Source: Trypanosoma brucei
Taxonomy: Eukaryota
Direction: 5' to 3'
DNA: 64,000 bases
Assembly (NCBI GenBank): GCA_000002445.1
Contig: CM000208.1
Location: 3,584,001-3,648,000, forward strand
Shown here: one piece after another, positions 10,650 through 21,731 of the stretch
How the letters are laid out: every line of letters begins with the position of its first letter
Numbering within the stretch: the stretch's first letter is position 1
Translations under genes and position numbers: made by a program
The notes under the pieces: generated by a model
The model's input: only the letters and a program-made list of their open reading frames with translations
The model's database searches: none
What the model was told of the DNA's origin: nothing

Positions 10650-12032
10650 GTGTGGAGAGCGAGAACAGCCGGAAATCCAGTGAAGCCAAAGGAACATCTG
10701 CTTATATACTCAGGGACGCGAGAGAGCAAAAGGGTTGGTAGAGGATATTTGGACGGAGCAGCAATGATAGGCGGTCAGCACAAGAAGGAACGCATCAGTG
10801 AGCGGCTCCAAAACTGCCAGAATCAGCCAAAGAACCGCTGCTACCTTCCGGGCACGCAGTTGCTGACAGGCGGATATAGTACCAAAACATTACAGGGTAA
10901 CTGGAGTGAGGAACGGGCGGATGCCGGCTACTACGACGGAAAGGCAATTGTTCCAACACATCTCTCCAAAATTTGGACGACGGAGTACACAGTCATGACA
11001 AACCATGCAATGAAGAGGGCTCAGGAGCAGGCGCCCGTCTTTGATCAGGCAACGTTGGTTGATATTGTGGACCGCAATCACCGTGCATATCCCACTCATC
11101 AGCCGCACCTCGACCCTCAACTTCCAAAATTGAAGGAAGAGGCGTTTAAAACAACAATGAGGACCTCGTTTAACCACCCGCAGGAAGTTAAGCTGCGTGA
11201 GGAGGCGTATGTCCGACCAGTTATCGGAAACACACCTGCCGCCCAGGCCAGGGCAATCATAATGCGCTTTCGGCGGCAGCTGCTGATTTCAATGGAAGGA
11301 CAGTCCGCTTTTCCGGGGAACGTGCTCCGGCAGGTGCGCCTCGCGCTGGAGAGGAATGATGTCGTCGGCAACGGAGTGCTCAACGTTGAGGAGACATTTC
11401 GCGGCTTCACTGAGGCTGGTGTAGAGACGAGTATACCGGAGTGTGTTGCTCTTGTTCGCGGACTTGACATGAAGGGTGATAACATGCTCTCGATTCGTAA
11501 GGTCATGGATGAAATGCGTGGGGAGGAACGGGATCGCCGGTACAGTATTATTGAGGGTGTGTATGAGTTGCTGAAGAAGCTGTGCAGTAATGGGGTTGTG
11601 CGGCTACACCACCTCGTCGATCTGATTGATGTCGACTCCATGGAGTCGGTGTTAAACGGAACTGTGTCTTCTGCTGACGCTCTCCGCGCGTTTACCACCC
11701 AGTGGGATCTGCCTTTGGAGGCACACATCAGCTTTGAAACGTTCCACACCTTTTTTAGAGATTCTTCGTTTGAGCTGAAAACCGATCAGGAATTCGAGAT
11801 CCTCATGCGCAACGTGTGGCACCTTAGTGGAGGTAATGGAAAGAATGTAAACACATCATGCCGGAGATTAAATGTGGTGCATAAGGATGGACGTGCCAGC
11901 GTACAGGAAGTTAAGGATGATCTAGATATCAAAGATGATGACCCGAATTTGATGGAGCGTATTTTGGCCAACCTGGCGACGCAGGGAATAAAGGATGTTT
12001 CCTCACTGACCATCATCCCGAAACGCCGATGA
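10650..12032 (+). CDS. Conserved hypothetical protein with three degenerate EF-hand-like segments (calcyphosine-like); true start may be the ATG at 10764
   Basis: Long + strand ORF preceded by a pyrimidine tract. Candidate EF-hand loops are RNDVVGNGVLNVEETF, LDMKGDNMLSIRKVMDEM and IDVDSMESVLNGTVSSADALRAF. No family could be assigned by eye. Confidence 0.6.
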   Translation: MWRARTAGNPVKPKEHLLIYSGTRESKRVGRGYLDGAAMIGGQHKKERISERLQNCQNQPKNRCYLPGTQLLTGGYSTKTLQGNWSEERADAGYYDGKAIVPTHLSKIWTTEYTVMTNHAMKRAQEQAPVFDQATLVDIVDRNHRAYPTHQPHLDPQLPKLKEEAFKTTMRTSFNHPQEVKLREEAYVRPVIGNTPAAQARAIIMRFRRQLLISMEGQSAFPGNVLRQVRLALERNDVVGNGVLNVEETFRGFTEAGVETSIPECVALVRGLDMKGDNMLSIRKVMDEMRGEERDRRYSIIEGVYELLKKLCSNGVVRLHHLVDLIDVDSMESVLNGTVSSADALRAFTTQWDLPLEAHISFETFHTFFRDSSFELKTDQEFEILMRNVWHLSGGNGKNVNTSCRRLNVVHKDGRASVQEVKDDLDIKDDDPNLMERILANLATQGIKDVSSLTIIPKRR

Positions 12033-12540
12033 GGATTGGATTTCATTCGTTTGTGGTTCCTACCGTTTTTTTAAACCAAAAAAGAAAACAGCTGTTTTTT
12101 CGTGTGTTTAGCTTCAATGCGTGCGCCGGTAGAGGACGGATTTCAATGTAAGGGGTTGTGGGTAGAGAACTAGGCGGGGGAAAGGGCGGGCGAAGGTAAT
12201 TGTTTCTCCGTGATTTTTCTACTTTTGCTTTTCATGTTGTACAACTTTGGAGGTTTTTTCCCCTCTTTTAAGTGCGTTCCCTCGGTGGCAGTTGGGTGTG
12301 CCCCCTCGGTAAAAAGACAGTAGATGCTGTGAGGATGTTGTGGCTGAGCAATCCAATATATGTATAAGTTGAAGTGGTTCGTCTTTCTGCACCGATGCTC
12401 CCTTCGTAGCAGTGCGCAGCTCCCTTTTCCTTGTAGGAAAGTGCGAGAGGTTGCAATGGGGTTTGCAGCGTTGCAGAAGGAGAAAGGAGGAAAAAGAGGT
12501 AGAAAACAAGAGTCTGCTCTGGGTGATTGTACTTACTGGT

Positions 12541-12670
12541 CATCATGTATAGTCATTTGTTTGTTATATCGGTGTTTGAAGTGCCATCCGCGTTGGGTAT
12601 TACCGATGGATAATTATATTTGTTTTGTTTTGCGTCTTCATCTCTCTTCCGCATGCCTGATTTGCCTCTT
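12541..12670 (+). promoter_or_regulatory. Pyrimidine-rich tract / probable trans-splice acceptor region upstream of lipoyl synthase
   Basis: T/C-rich run ending ~150 nt before the ATG at 12827, the arrangement used for SL trans-splicing in kinetoplastids. Confidence 0.4.
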
Positions 12671-12826
12671 CGAAAAGGTTGAAAGAGAGCTTGCCTCACA
12701 CAAGCACTGGGGAAAACAAACGGGATAAAGAGGGGTGCCAAGGAAACACTGTTTTAAAGCAAAGGACGGAAAGTGAGTGAGATAAACTTGACAACCAAGT
12801 AAACATTTACGGAGTATACAGTTGCA

Positions 12827-14056
12827 ATGTTTCAGCGATGGTCGTTTGCCCTGTGTCGACCTATCGTTGCGGCAGCACAGGTATCGCAACAGCAAGTGCC
12901 TCCATCTGAGGAGCCACGGAACGAGTCAGGTGCCGCAAACCCTCCGCTGGTGAAGGAAGAGTTCCTTCGGCAGTTTCGCGAGCGTTTGGCGAATGACAAG
13001 ACGGGAAGAAATTCATTGGAGGGGTTTCTTGACCTTCCGGAGAATCTTCCACCCACCGCCGCCTCAATTGGACCACTGAAGCGAGGTAAGGAGCCTCTTC
13101 CTCCTTGGTTGAAACTCAAAGTTCCTATGGGAGCATCGAGGCAGCCGCGGTTTAACAAGATACGGCGCAATATGCGTGAAAAACGTCTAGCTACTGTGTG
13201 TGAGGAGGCCAAGTGCCCAAACATCGGTGAATGTTGGGGAGGAGGTGATGAGGAAGGGGACGGCACCGCCACTGCCACAATCATGGTGATGGGGGCACAT
13301 TGTACAAGGGGCTGCCGCTTCTGTTCCGTAATGACGAGTCGCACACCTCCACCACTAGACCCAGAGGAACCACGCAAAACTGCTGATGCAGTCGCTGACA
13401 TGGGTGTGGAATATATAGTTATGACTATGGTGGACCGTGATGACTTGGCTGACGGTGGCGCTGCTCATGTTGTGCGCTGCGTGACGGCCGTGAAGGAGAG
13501 GAATCCCGGACTACTTCTTGAGGCACTTGTTGGGGACTTTCACGGAGACCTCAAGCTGGTTGAAATGGTTGCTGGTTCACCTCTCAATGTCTATGCTCAT
13601 AACATAGAGTGTGTCGAGCGAATTACGCCAAACGTACGAGATCGACGCGCTTCTTATCGACAGTCCCTTAAGGTACTTGAGCACGTGAATAATTTCACTA
13701 AAGGAGCTATGCTCACCAAGAGCAGTATCATGCTTGGGCTCGGGGAAAAGGAGGAGGAGGTGCGGCAAACCCTTCGTGACCTGCGGACGGCGGGCGTTTC
13801 TGCTGTGACCCTGGGCCAGTACCTCCAACCCTCACGGACGCGGCTAAAGGTCAGTCGCTACGCCCATCCTAAGGAGTTTGAGATGTGGGAAAAGGAAGCG
13901 TTGGATATGGGCTTTTTGTACTGTGCATCGGGGCCCATGGTACGGAGCTCCTACCGAGCTGGTGAATATTACATTAAAAATATTTTGAAACAGCGGGAGA
14001 CTGTCGAAGCTCCGTCAGTGTCAGATGGAGGGAATGAACCAAAGGATTCCGAGTAG
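12827..14056 (+). CDS. LIPA: Lipoyl synthase (radical-SAM, mitochondrial)
   Basis: Carries the canonical [16 protein letters not shown]…[22 protein letters not shown] auxiliary and radical-SAM cysteine motifs, and is colinear with human LIAS to the C-terminus ([14 protein letters not shown]). The N-terminal extension is consistent with a mitochondrial presequence. Confidence 0.92.
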
Positions 14057-14280
14057 TGATTAGTGTGGTATAAATGCGTAGCTTCCGGGGTCGGGGATGT
14101 CTGTATGACCGTTGGGTTGTGGTTGTGGAGAGGACCGGTGAAGCATGTGGCCGCGACGGAGAAGATTGGGGCAGATTTGCCATTGGTGTTTCTGCTTGAT
14201 CGCTTCTTCAAAGCATATTCATCTACAGTTTTTGCGTCCTTTTTTTTTTAAAAGAAAGTAAATCGTTGTTTTAGCGTACT

Positions 14281-14470
14281 TGTGCTATATTTCTCCTCCC
14301 ATTTATACTTTAGTTTTCTTTCTGCGTACGAGCGGCACAATCAACTTCCCTCCTTTTTTAAAAAAATTTGGTCCATGCTGTATTGCTGGTTGTTTACGTT
14401 ACCTTACGTATCACAATACTTTACTTTTTTTTTTCCGCTTCTTCTGCTCTTGTACCTTTCTACGCATTCG
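14281..14470 (+). promoter_or_regulatory. Pyrimidine-rich tract upstream of the kinase gene
   Basis: Extended CT-rich sequence (…ttttttttttccgcttcttctgctcttgtacctttc…) in the LipA-kinase intergenic region. Confidence 0.35.
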
Positions 14471-15130
14471 CGCGACTCCGCACGGAATCACGTTTGGGGG
14501 TGTAGTAGTGTATTATCCGTACCGTATTGATCATTCAGCACAAGGGGTGGAAAAAGCACATTTCGTTTTTTTTAAAGGTGTTTTACAGGTTGTTGCTATA
14601 AACAAAGTTTCCAGCAGTCCGCTTGCAGACGGCGAGGGTTACGGTCAAGAAAGGCGCGTAACGGCGTGGAGCATCGGCGTTTCGCATTTTTCTGCGGGTC
14701 TTCTTTTTTTTTTTTTCCCTTCCTCCTCTCATTCCTACCTGCATTCTATTTTCCACACGGTTTGTGGTATCCTGAAGCCGCACTTAAAGCGGGGGAGGTG
14801 AATTGGATCTCCAACTACGAAATTGTGTTTGCTCCGTCTTTCTGTGAGTTGCAGGACAGCCCTTGTTTTCCAGGACTACTTCGCTTTTCAGGGAAGGGGG
14901 GTCTGTGGACGTGCACACACTCGCAAATAAGTACATCTCACAGTGCACGAGCCATTTTAATTTTACCGTTCCGTGTGCAACATTGGCAGCGGAGAAGAGG
15001 AAGAGGAGAGGAAAGAGTAGAGTGGTGAAATTGCCCAATCTTGACTAAAGGCTCACGTGTTTCGGCAATAGCGCCGCCACGATACCAAAGTTGTGGTTGG
15101 CAAGGTGTGAGTGGATCCACTAAATAGAAG

Positions 15131-18100
15131 ATGGACGCTGACGAGGGCAGTGCGCCGGACGAGGAGCAGAGTATGGTGGTTGACCGAGTTGCACTCTCAA
15201 TAAGTGATATTTCATGTATGCGCCTTGATGGTTGTCGTGTACCGTCGAGATCCTCCAGAGCGTCGCATAGGTGGTCACATCCACAACGGCCGCACCGTCA
15301 ACCTGTTGGAGATGTTTCCTCGTCGTTGTCGCATGCCGCATCGCAGGGAAGTAGAACGTCACCACCTTCTTTTGTCTTTGCGACTCGCGTGTGCCGAAGT
15401 TTTGACTCAGTGAGTCAATCCGGCGGTGTGTTCGATTCGGTGGTGAGAAATCATGATGGGGAGAGCGTCAGAAGCAACTCAGAGGTAGTTAAGCACAACA
15501 CGTGCTTAGAGCATTCGCAGAAAACATGCCTTTCGTCCGTTTCGCTCCCACCGTTGAGTGAAGCATGCAGGGGGCACGAGGTAAGTTATGGTCTCAGCAG
15601 AAGAAGAATGTCTTTCACTTCATCGTTTTCTCCTCTACCCTGTTCGCCGGTACCGAAAGAACTCTCCCCCGGCCTACTTACATCCATACCGTGGAACCTC
15701 CCGACGCTAGGGTGGAAAGGGATGACACCAACCGCTTCTAACGTGCATGAGGGCCAAGCGACGAATTACGGTGAGGAGCAATGTGGGGAAAGAGTTGCAA
15801 ATGATACCCGCGCGTACAGAATTCTCAATATGAGCAATTCTGGAGGCGCCGTCGCGACCGATGCGAGTGTTTCTAGGGAACGGTGGTTCCACGTGCAACA
15901 TCAGAGCTTCCGCAAACGCTACATAGGGCACCTCAATTGTGTTTACGCAATATACAGGTCTCTCGTGCCAAGGAACTCTCCCCCGGCGGCTTCGCAGAAT
16001 ATTTCTCTCGGAGACACCCCTACCCTTGACCGCCGCGTCCGGTCGGTGGCTCTGTCATCTGCGTCAACTGTTACCGGTGTGGCTGCCGGTTACTACACGC
16101 TGAGTGACAGTGCCTCGACACGGTGCTCAGGCGGGCAAAACGTGCCCGTCGTACCGCGTGCTGTGAGGGGTTTCTCGCCTCGGCGCCGTGGGAGGCAGCG
16201 GGCACTTTCTTCTAGGGAGATGGACCCATTTATTCTAGGACTTATCAAGAGAAGAGTCTTATTCAGGACCACCATATTTTGTGAGTACACATATAACTGT
16301 ATTAAACATTCGGAGGAGCTACGGCTCTCGTCGTCAGAGATAGTCGAACCGTATACTGAGCAGGAATATGCGGTTTCTTCTCATTCGCAAAATGGTAGTG
16401 CTTTTACAACTTCTGTGGGTCGAGCTGAGAGCGACCGTGTGGCTACCAGCGCATCTGACGGGTCGTCTTCCATATTTTTTGATGATACACATAGAACGGC
16501 ACCACCACCAGGGAATGATGGAAAAAGACGAACTTCAGTAGTGTCCCCACCGCATGAAGAAACACCAATGGCTGTTCACCACCGGACGCTAACCCGGCTA
16601 CAAACGTTAACAACAAAGGTCCACAGTGTAGACCGTGTCATGCGCACAGTGGATAATGAGGAGGATGATCTTGTTGTTTATGTAGGTATGATTTTAATGG
16701 GTTGGCTGGAGGTCGTTGATCTTCTTGGATCTGGTACGTTCGGGCAGGTTTTTCTCTGCAAGGACTTGCGAATCGCCAACAAAACTTTTGTACACCCAAG
16801 CCAGATAGAGGGAGATGACTTTCAGTACTGGCAGTGCTCTCACACGTATATACCATTCGGTGATCCCTCAATGGTACCAACCCATACACCACTTGTGGCT
16901 GTAAAGGTTGTCAAAAGCCGCGAACTATTTGAACAGCAATCTGCTCGTGAGGCTGAGATTTTAGTGCACGTCAGTTCGCAAACGGCATCGCAAGAAGAGC
17001 AACCCGCAGAGGAGCAGCAGGCGTTTCCGGCACTGTCCTTTTCAGATCCACCCGTGCCCGACTACCGTTGCGAATATGTGGGTAAGATACTTGCGCACGG
17101 AATATGCTATGGTCATCACTGCATAGTTATGGAACGATATGGTGTTAATTTGTTTGAGTACGCGATGGCACGTGGTTTTAAAGGTCTTCCCATGTATCAG
17201 ATACAGGACATAGGCCGAAAAATCTTGCTGGGGTTAACTCTTTTGCACGAGGAATGCCACGTAGTGCACTGTGACATAAAACCCGAAAACGTTTTAATTA
17301 CACTCGATTCCTGGCTTTCTGCCAATCCAGTCCATATGGCGCTCACGGTCGGTGCTCATACACCGGGTTCTGGTGCCTCCGGAGCCATTTCACTGGATGC
17401 ATCGGCTGGGCAGTTGCATCAATCGTTGAGATGGCCGGCAAGCAATGGCTTACCTCCACTCTCCGATTCGAAATTACCGAATGGCGCTGTGCACTCCCCT
17501 ACACCTCGGCGTATGCAGATTGCTGCTTCCACCGAACGGATGTCGATGTCCTCCATTTTGAGGGAGGTTGCACCAGCTGGTTCGGCGGCAGCGAGCTCTC
17601 CTGGACTGAATAACGGTGCTGAAGATGATCCGAACCTTCCTCGCATTCCTGCATCGCCGTCTCTTTTACCGCTGAACATAAAGCTCATTGACTTTAGCAG
17701 TAGCTCTTACATTGGAAAAGGAATCCATACGTATGTACAGTCCCGCTACTATCGCGCACCAGAGGTCATTGTTGGTGCCGGCTATGGGCCAGCCATTGAT
17801 GTGTGGTCTACTGGCTGTCTTTTGGCGGAACTGCTGTTAGGCCTTCCACTTCTACCGGGAGACTCGGATCATCATCAACTCTCCCTCATTGAGGAAATGC
17901 TCGGGCCGTTGCCTCTTTCATTGTTAGCGAAGGGTGCAGCCACGCTCGAATACTACGATGTGGATGATGTTGAATTGAGAAGTGAAAGTGCAGGCGCGTC
18001 TGCATCAGAGGAAACTCCTGCGGGTCACAAAAAATCACCCTCATTTCGTCTCTTGAGTGAGGAGGAGTATCTTCGCCATCACAGGGATGCAAAACCAACA

Positions 18101-18418
18101 AAGGGAAAACGGTATTTTCAGTTCCACACACTTGCCGAACTAATCAGGAAATGTACAGCTAGCAATGAGGAAAGGTGTATTGCAACAGGGTATAGTCCAT
18201 CCGCTGCCATGGATGCCAACGTGATGGAAATGGTCTCAACGCAGCAACCGAGGAAAGAGATTGCTGACGAGATTTCGCGTCATCGATTCCGTTTTTATGA
18301 TTTACTAAAAAAAATGCTCCACGGCGATCCCGAGAGGCGCCTTACGGCCCGTGAGGCATTGGCACACAGCTTTTTTCAAGAAACACCAAAATATTTACAG
18401 GTATACTCACAACGTTAG
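15131..18418 (+). CDS. DYRK-family-like (CMGC) protein kinase with long N-terminal region and a ~130-aa kinase-domain insert
   Basis: Kinase subdomains are recognisable: LLGSGTFGQV, VAVKVVK, HCDIKPENVL, the IDFSSS variant of DFG, and a YVQSRYYRAPEVIVG activation-loop/APE segment resembling DYRK YxQSRFYRSPE. A Ser/Pro-rich insert lies between the HCD and DFG motifs. 1095 aa. Confidence 0.85.
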   Translation: MDADEGSAPDEEQSMVVDRVALSISDISCMRLDGCRVPSRSSRASHRWSHPQRPHRQPVGDVSSSLSHAASQGSRTSPPSFVFATRVCRSFDSVSQSGGVFDSVVRNHDGESVRSNSEVVKHNTCLEHSQKTCLSSVSLPPLSEACRGHEVSYGLSRRRMSFTSSFSPLPCSPVPKELSPGLLTSIPWNLPTLGWKGMTPTASNVHEGQATNYGEEQCGERVANDTRAYRILNMSNSGGAVATDASVSRERWFHVQHQSFRKRYIGHLNCVYAIYRSLVPRNSPPAASQNISLGDTPTLDRRVRSVALSSASTVTGVAAGYYTLSDSASTRCSGGQNVPVVPRAVRGFSPRRRGRQRALSSREMDPFILGLIKRRVLFRTTIFCEYTYNCIKHSEELRLSSSEIVEPYTEQEYAVSSHSQNGSAFTTSVGRAESDRVATSASDGSSSIFFDDTHRTAPPPGNDGKRRTSVVSPPHEETPMAVHHRTLTRLQTLTTKVHSVDRVMRTVDNEEDDLVVYVGMILMGWLEVVDLLGSGTFGQVFLCKDLRIANKTFVHPSQIEGDDFQYWQCSHTYIPFGDPSMVPTHTPLVAVKVVKSRELFEQQSAREAEILVHVSSQTASQEEQPAEEQQAFPALSFSDPPVPDYRCEYVGKILAHGICYGHHCIVMERYGVNLFEYAMARGFKGLPMYQIQDIGRKILLGLTLLHEECHVVHCDIKPENVLITLDSWLSANPVHMALTVGAHTPGSGASGAISLDASAGQLHQSLRWPASNGLPPLSDSKLPNGAVHSPTPRRMQIAASTERMSMSSILREVAPAGSAAASSPGLNNGAEDDPNLPRIPASPSLLPLNIKLIDFSSSSYIGKGIHTYVQSRYYRAPEVIVGAGYGPAIDVWSTGCLLAELLLGLPLLPGDSDHHQLSLIEEMLGPLPLSLLAKGAATLEYYDVDDVELRSESAGASASEETPAGHKKSPSFRLLSEEEYLRHHRDAKPTKGKRYFQFHTLAELIRKCTASNEERCIATGYSPSAAMDANVMEMVSTQQPRKEIADEISRHRFRFYDLLKKMLHGDPERRLTAREALAHSFFQETPKYLQVYSQR

Positions 18419-18604
18419 GTTCGTTGGGTAGTAGTTGTGGACGCGCGAGACATCGCTGCCTTTACCGATTACCGAAGGAAAAAAATAACGGAAAGATGGG
18501 GAAAGGAGAGAGAGAAGAGAAAAAAAAAGTTCAAATAATAAAAGATTGCAGGGGGGGGGGAGAGTTGAACAGATCATCAGCAGTTGCTTGCGCTGATGTT
18601 TGTG

Positions 18605-18640
18605 GAGGAAGGAAGGAGGAAGGAAGGAGGAAGGAAGGAA
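18605..18640 (+). repeat. (GGAAGGAA/GGAGGAA)n purine microsatellite
   Basis: ggaaggaaggaggaaggaaggaggaaggaaggaa seen directly. Confidence 0.9.
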
Positions 18641-20285
18641 CATGTGTAGCAAAGGGTACATATATATATATTTTTATATATATTGTGTGTGTGTGTGTAT
18701 TTTGAGTACCATAGCTAACAAACGGTGAAGCCCTTTTGAATGGGATTGATGCCAAGATCTAACAATGACAATACCAATAACAGTAACAGTGACAACATGT
18801 TGAGCACCCGTAATAGATGGGTTTATGAAAGAGGTGCAGGAGTGGGTGTTGTCAAATTCATTAATTATACCAATAAAGTGACGGAGTTTCAGTGGTGGGC
18901 AGGTGGTGTGGGTGCATGTGGACACGTTACGCATCACTGATGGGGGTGAAAACAGTGTTGTTGTTGTTGTTTCTCTATTTGCGTAGACGGAAATAACCAT
19001 TCGCTGCAACGCAGCGAGGAGGTGAGAGAAGCGATGTATGTGTTAAGGGGATTAAAAAAAAAAGAAGAGTAAAGGGTGTGAAGGGTGAAAATGAAGTTAT
19101 TGCCGCAGTGGCGGTGCGGAGAAATGACAGTAGTTTTGAATGGAATGTATTAAACTGCGCGACACTTTCAACTTTTCTCTGTTTGTCTGCTTTACTGAGG
19201 CTTACTGGCCCCCTTCCCTCAAACAAAAATTCCCCTTCTTACATTTCTTTTTCTATCTTTCCTTCTTATCCTCCTCCTTTCTGTTCTGTTATGTTCTGTT
19301 GTGTTGCGTTGCGTTGTGTTGTGCTCTGCTATTGTGTTTTGTGTGTGCATGTGTGCATGTGTGCATGTGTGTGTTTTTGTTTTTACGTCTCGCTTTAATT
19401 CTTTTGACTGTACCCTTCTGTTATTATTGTTGTTGTTGTTGGTATAAAAGCAGTGTTGTGCGTTGGGGGAAAAAAATGAATAACCAGGATGGACAGTCAG
19501 CAAAAGTAAACAGGGAGTGTTGTGGGGAGGGAGGGAGGGCGGGGGGAAGAAATAAAATGTTTTTTTTTTCATTTTGAAAGAAGAGTGGTTGAAACGAAGA
19601 GTTTTTGTGTTTTTTTTTTAAAAAAAAAGAGAAAGAGATGTAATGGAGCTTAACCATGTACAGACGCTCAAAGGCAGAGAAGGAGGTGCGAACAGAGAGG
19701 AATAGTGAAGTGAAGAGAAGAGAGGAGGGGAAGTGAATTCTTATGTTTTTTTTGTTTTTACGTGTTTATGTGTGTGTGGGAAATGTTTATTTTCCAGATT
19801 ATTCCCTTTTGTTTTTTCTTTTTGCTTGTGGTTGTGTTTTCCTCTACACGTTCCTCTTCTTCTCCCCCCCCCAAGTAGTCCCTTTTCCTTTTCTTTTCTT
19901 TTCTTTTGCTCTTTCGTTGGACTTTAGTTGGTGTTCCGTCCATGTCCCTGGGGAAATTTCCACCCTAAGTTTAAATCACTTATTTCTTCCTTTCCTCTCA
20001 TACGCAGCTGCGTCCTTTAGTTCCCTCTTGTTTTTTGTCTTTCCTTTTTAGTTTTGTTTTTCAGGAAAAAATATATAAAAAGAACAAATTTATTGCTCTT
20101 TTGTGGTCCTTTTAATTACCTTAAAAGGAGAAAGTGGTGTTGTAACCTTCCTTCATTTTCTACATCTTCCTCCTTCTTTTTATGATTTTTTTTTTACTTT
20201 TCCTATTGTTGCTTTGGTTGCCCCGGTGCCTGCATGCTTCCACGCTCACTTCATTCGCTCATTCGTTCTGACAGCTTCTACTTGC

Positions 20286-20381
20286 ATGATGATGATGATG
20301 ATTATTATTATTATTATGATTATGATTATTATTATGATGATTATCACCTCCCGCCACTCCTCCTCCTCCTCCTCATCCTCC
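20286..20381 (+). repeat. Compound microsatellite (ATG)n-(ATT)n-(ATGATT)n followed by (CCT)n
   Basis: atgatgatgatgattattattattatgattatgattattattatgatgattat … cctcctcctcctcctcatcctcc. It generates the poly-D/Y and poly-M/I artefact ORFs in the track. Confidence 0.9.
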
Positions 20382-21731
20382 ATTTTTTTTTTCTAAATTT
20401 CCCTCATATGTTCTTCGGTTTTGTGTGCCCAATGCGCCGCATGATAGGGGACGGACTCCTACAAAGACATTAGTGCGTATCTGAATACACGATTTCTCTC
20501 TTTCTATTCCTTTAATCCTTGTTTTCTTTTCTCTTCTTCTTTTCTTTTTCTTTTTCTTTTTATGTAGTTGTTGTTCGTAGCTTTGTTTTTTGTTTTTTTT
20601 CTTTTGTGCTCGAAGGAGAAAGCAAGCATTTACTTTCTTTCTCTTTTGTTTTTTTCCTTGCAATTGACAATTACTAATTGTTTCGATGGGATGAGAGAAG
20701 AGAAGAGAGGAGAAAAGAGATGAAGAGAGAAGTGCGGGGTGGGGTCTCGGGATGATTGGGCGAGTGAAGGTTTTTTTTTATTGTTTAACGTGTCCTGGAG
20801 TTATTGTTAAAAAAAAAAAAGAGAGAGAAGGAGGAAAAGAAAGGGATTTAAAAAAAGAAAAGCGACTGATAAGTTTTTTTTTTTTTGAAGGGGGGGGGGA
20901 AGGAGAAAAATAGGCATGGAACTCAAACGGTTAGAAGGCCATCTGGGGACATGCCCCAATTTTTACTTTTTTTTTCTTTTTAATTCCTATAGCGCATATT
21001 TGCGTACTGTGTGTGTACACGCGCAGGGCATTTGGGTTGGTCGTGCATGTATGTGTACGCATTCCATTATTTGGTTGTGGTTAGGTGCGGCTGCCGCAAA
21101 AGTGAGTATATTCATTCACCTGTGCAAAAAGTCAAGGAAGGCCGGTGGATTGTTTTCTTCTTCTTCACCTTTCTTCCTTCTTTCTTTCCTTTCTTTCTTT
21201 CTTTCTTTTCCCCCCTTTTTCTCTTATTTTCGTACCCCACACTTTACTCCCGTTTTGTGGGTATGTTTTTTTTTTCTGTTTGGATGGAGAGTGGTGACTC
21301 CTCCCTCCTGTGAAGTAAAAGTGTTGCGTTGTCGTCAGCCATACCATATTATTTTCCACCTTATCATTTTTCTGTTTCATGGTCTTCCTCGTGAACCTGT
21401 ATTTCATGTCCTTTGTTTTTTTTTTTGTTTCTCTTCTCTATATCTCTTTGAATTCTCCTTTACCAATATATTTTCTAATAACCCATACTGGTCTACTGTT
21501 TGCAGTGGTTGTTGTGGACTATTCGCGGGCAGCCACACAGTTCTTTTTTTTTTTCTTTCGTAGAAGGATTAGCATATAGCTCAAGTGTTAGCGAGCCGGG
21601 TTGTCCTTCCCCACCTGTCCGCCTCCGTTTATTTATTTATTTATTTCACCCGCGTGCGAATAGAGGGAGAAAAGTTAGGGGTAATTTAAAAAAAAAAAGG
21701 AAAGCAATACTTGTGACGGCTCTCCATAACA

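Noticed and set aside
19140-21563. Multiple 100-215-aa + strand ORFs in the gene-poor region (e.g. 19140-19577, 20916-21563)
   Set aside because: Composed of CCCC, FFF and LLL runs from pyrimidine tracts and microsatellites. They show frame-overlapping and no complexity.
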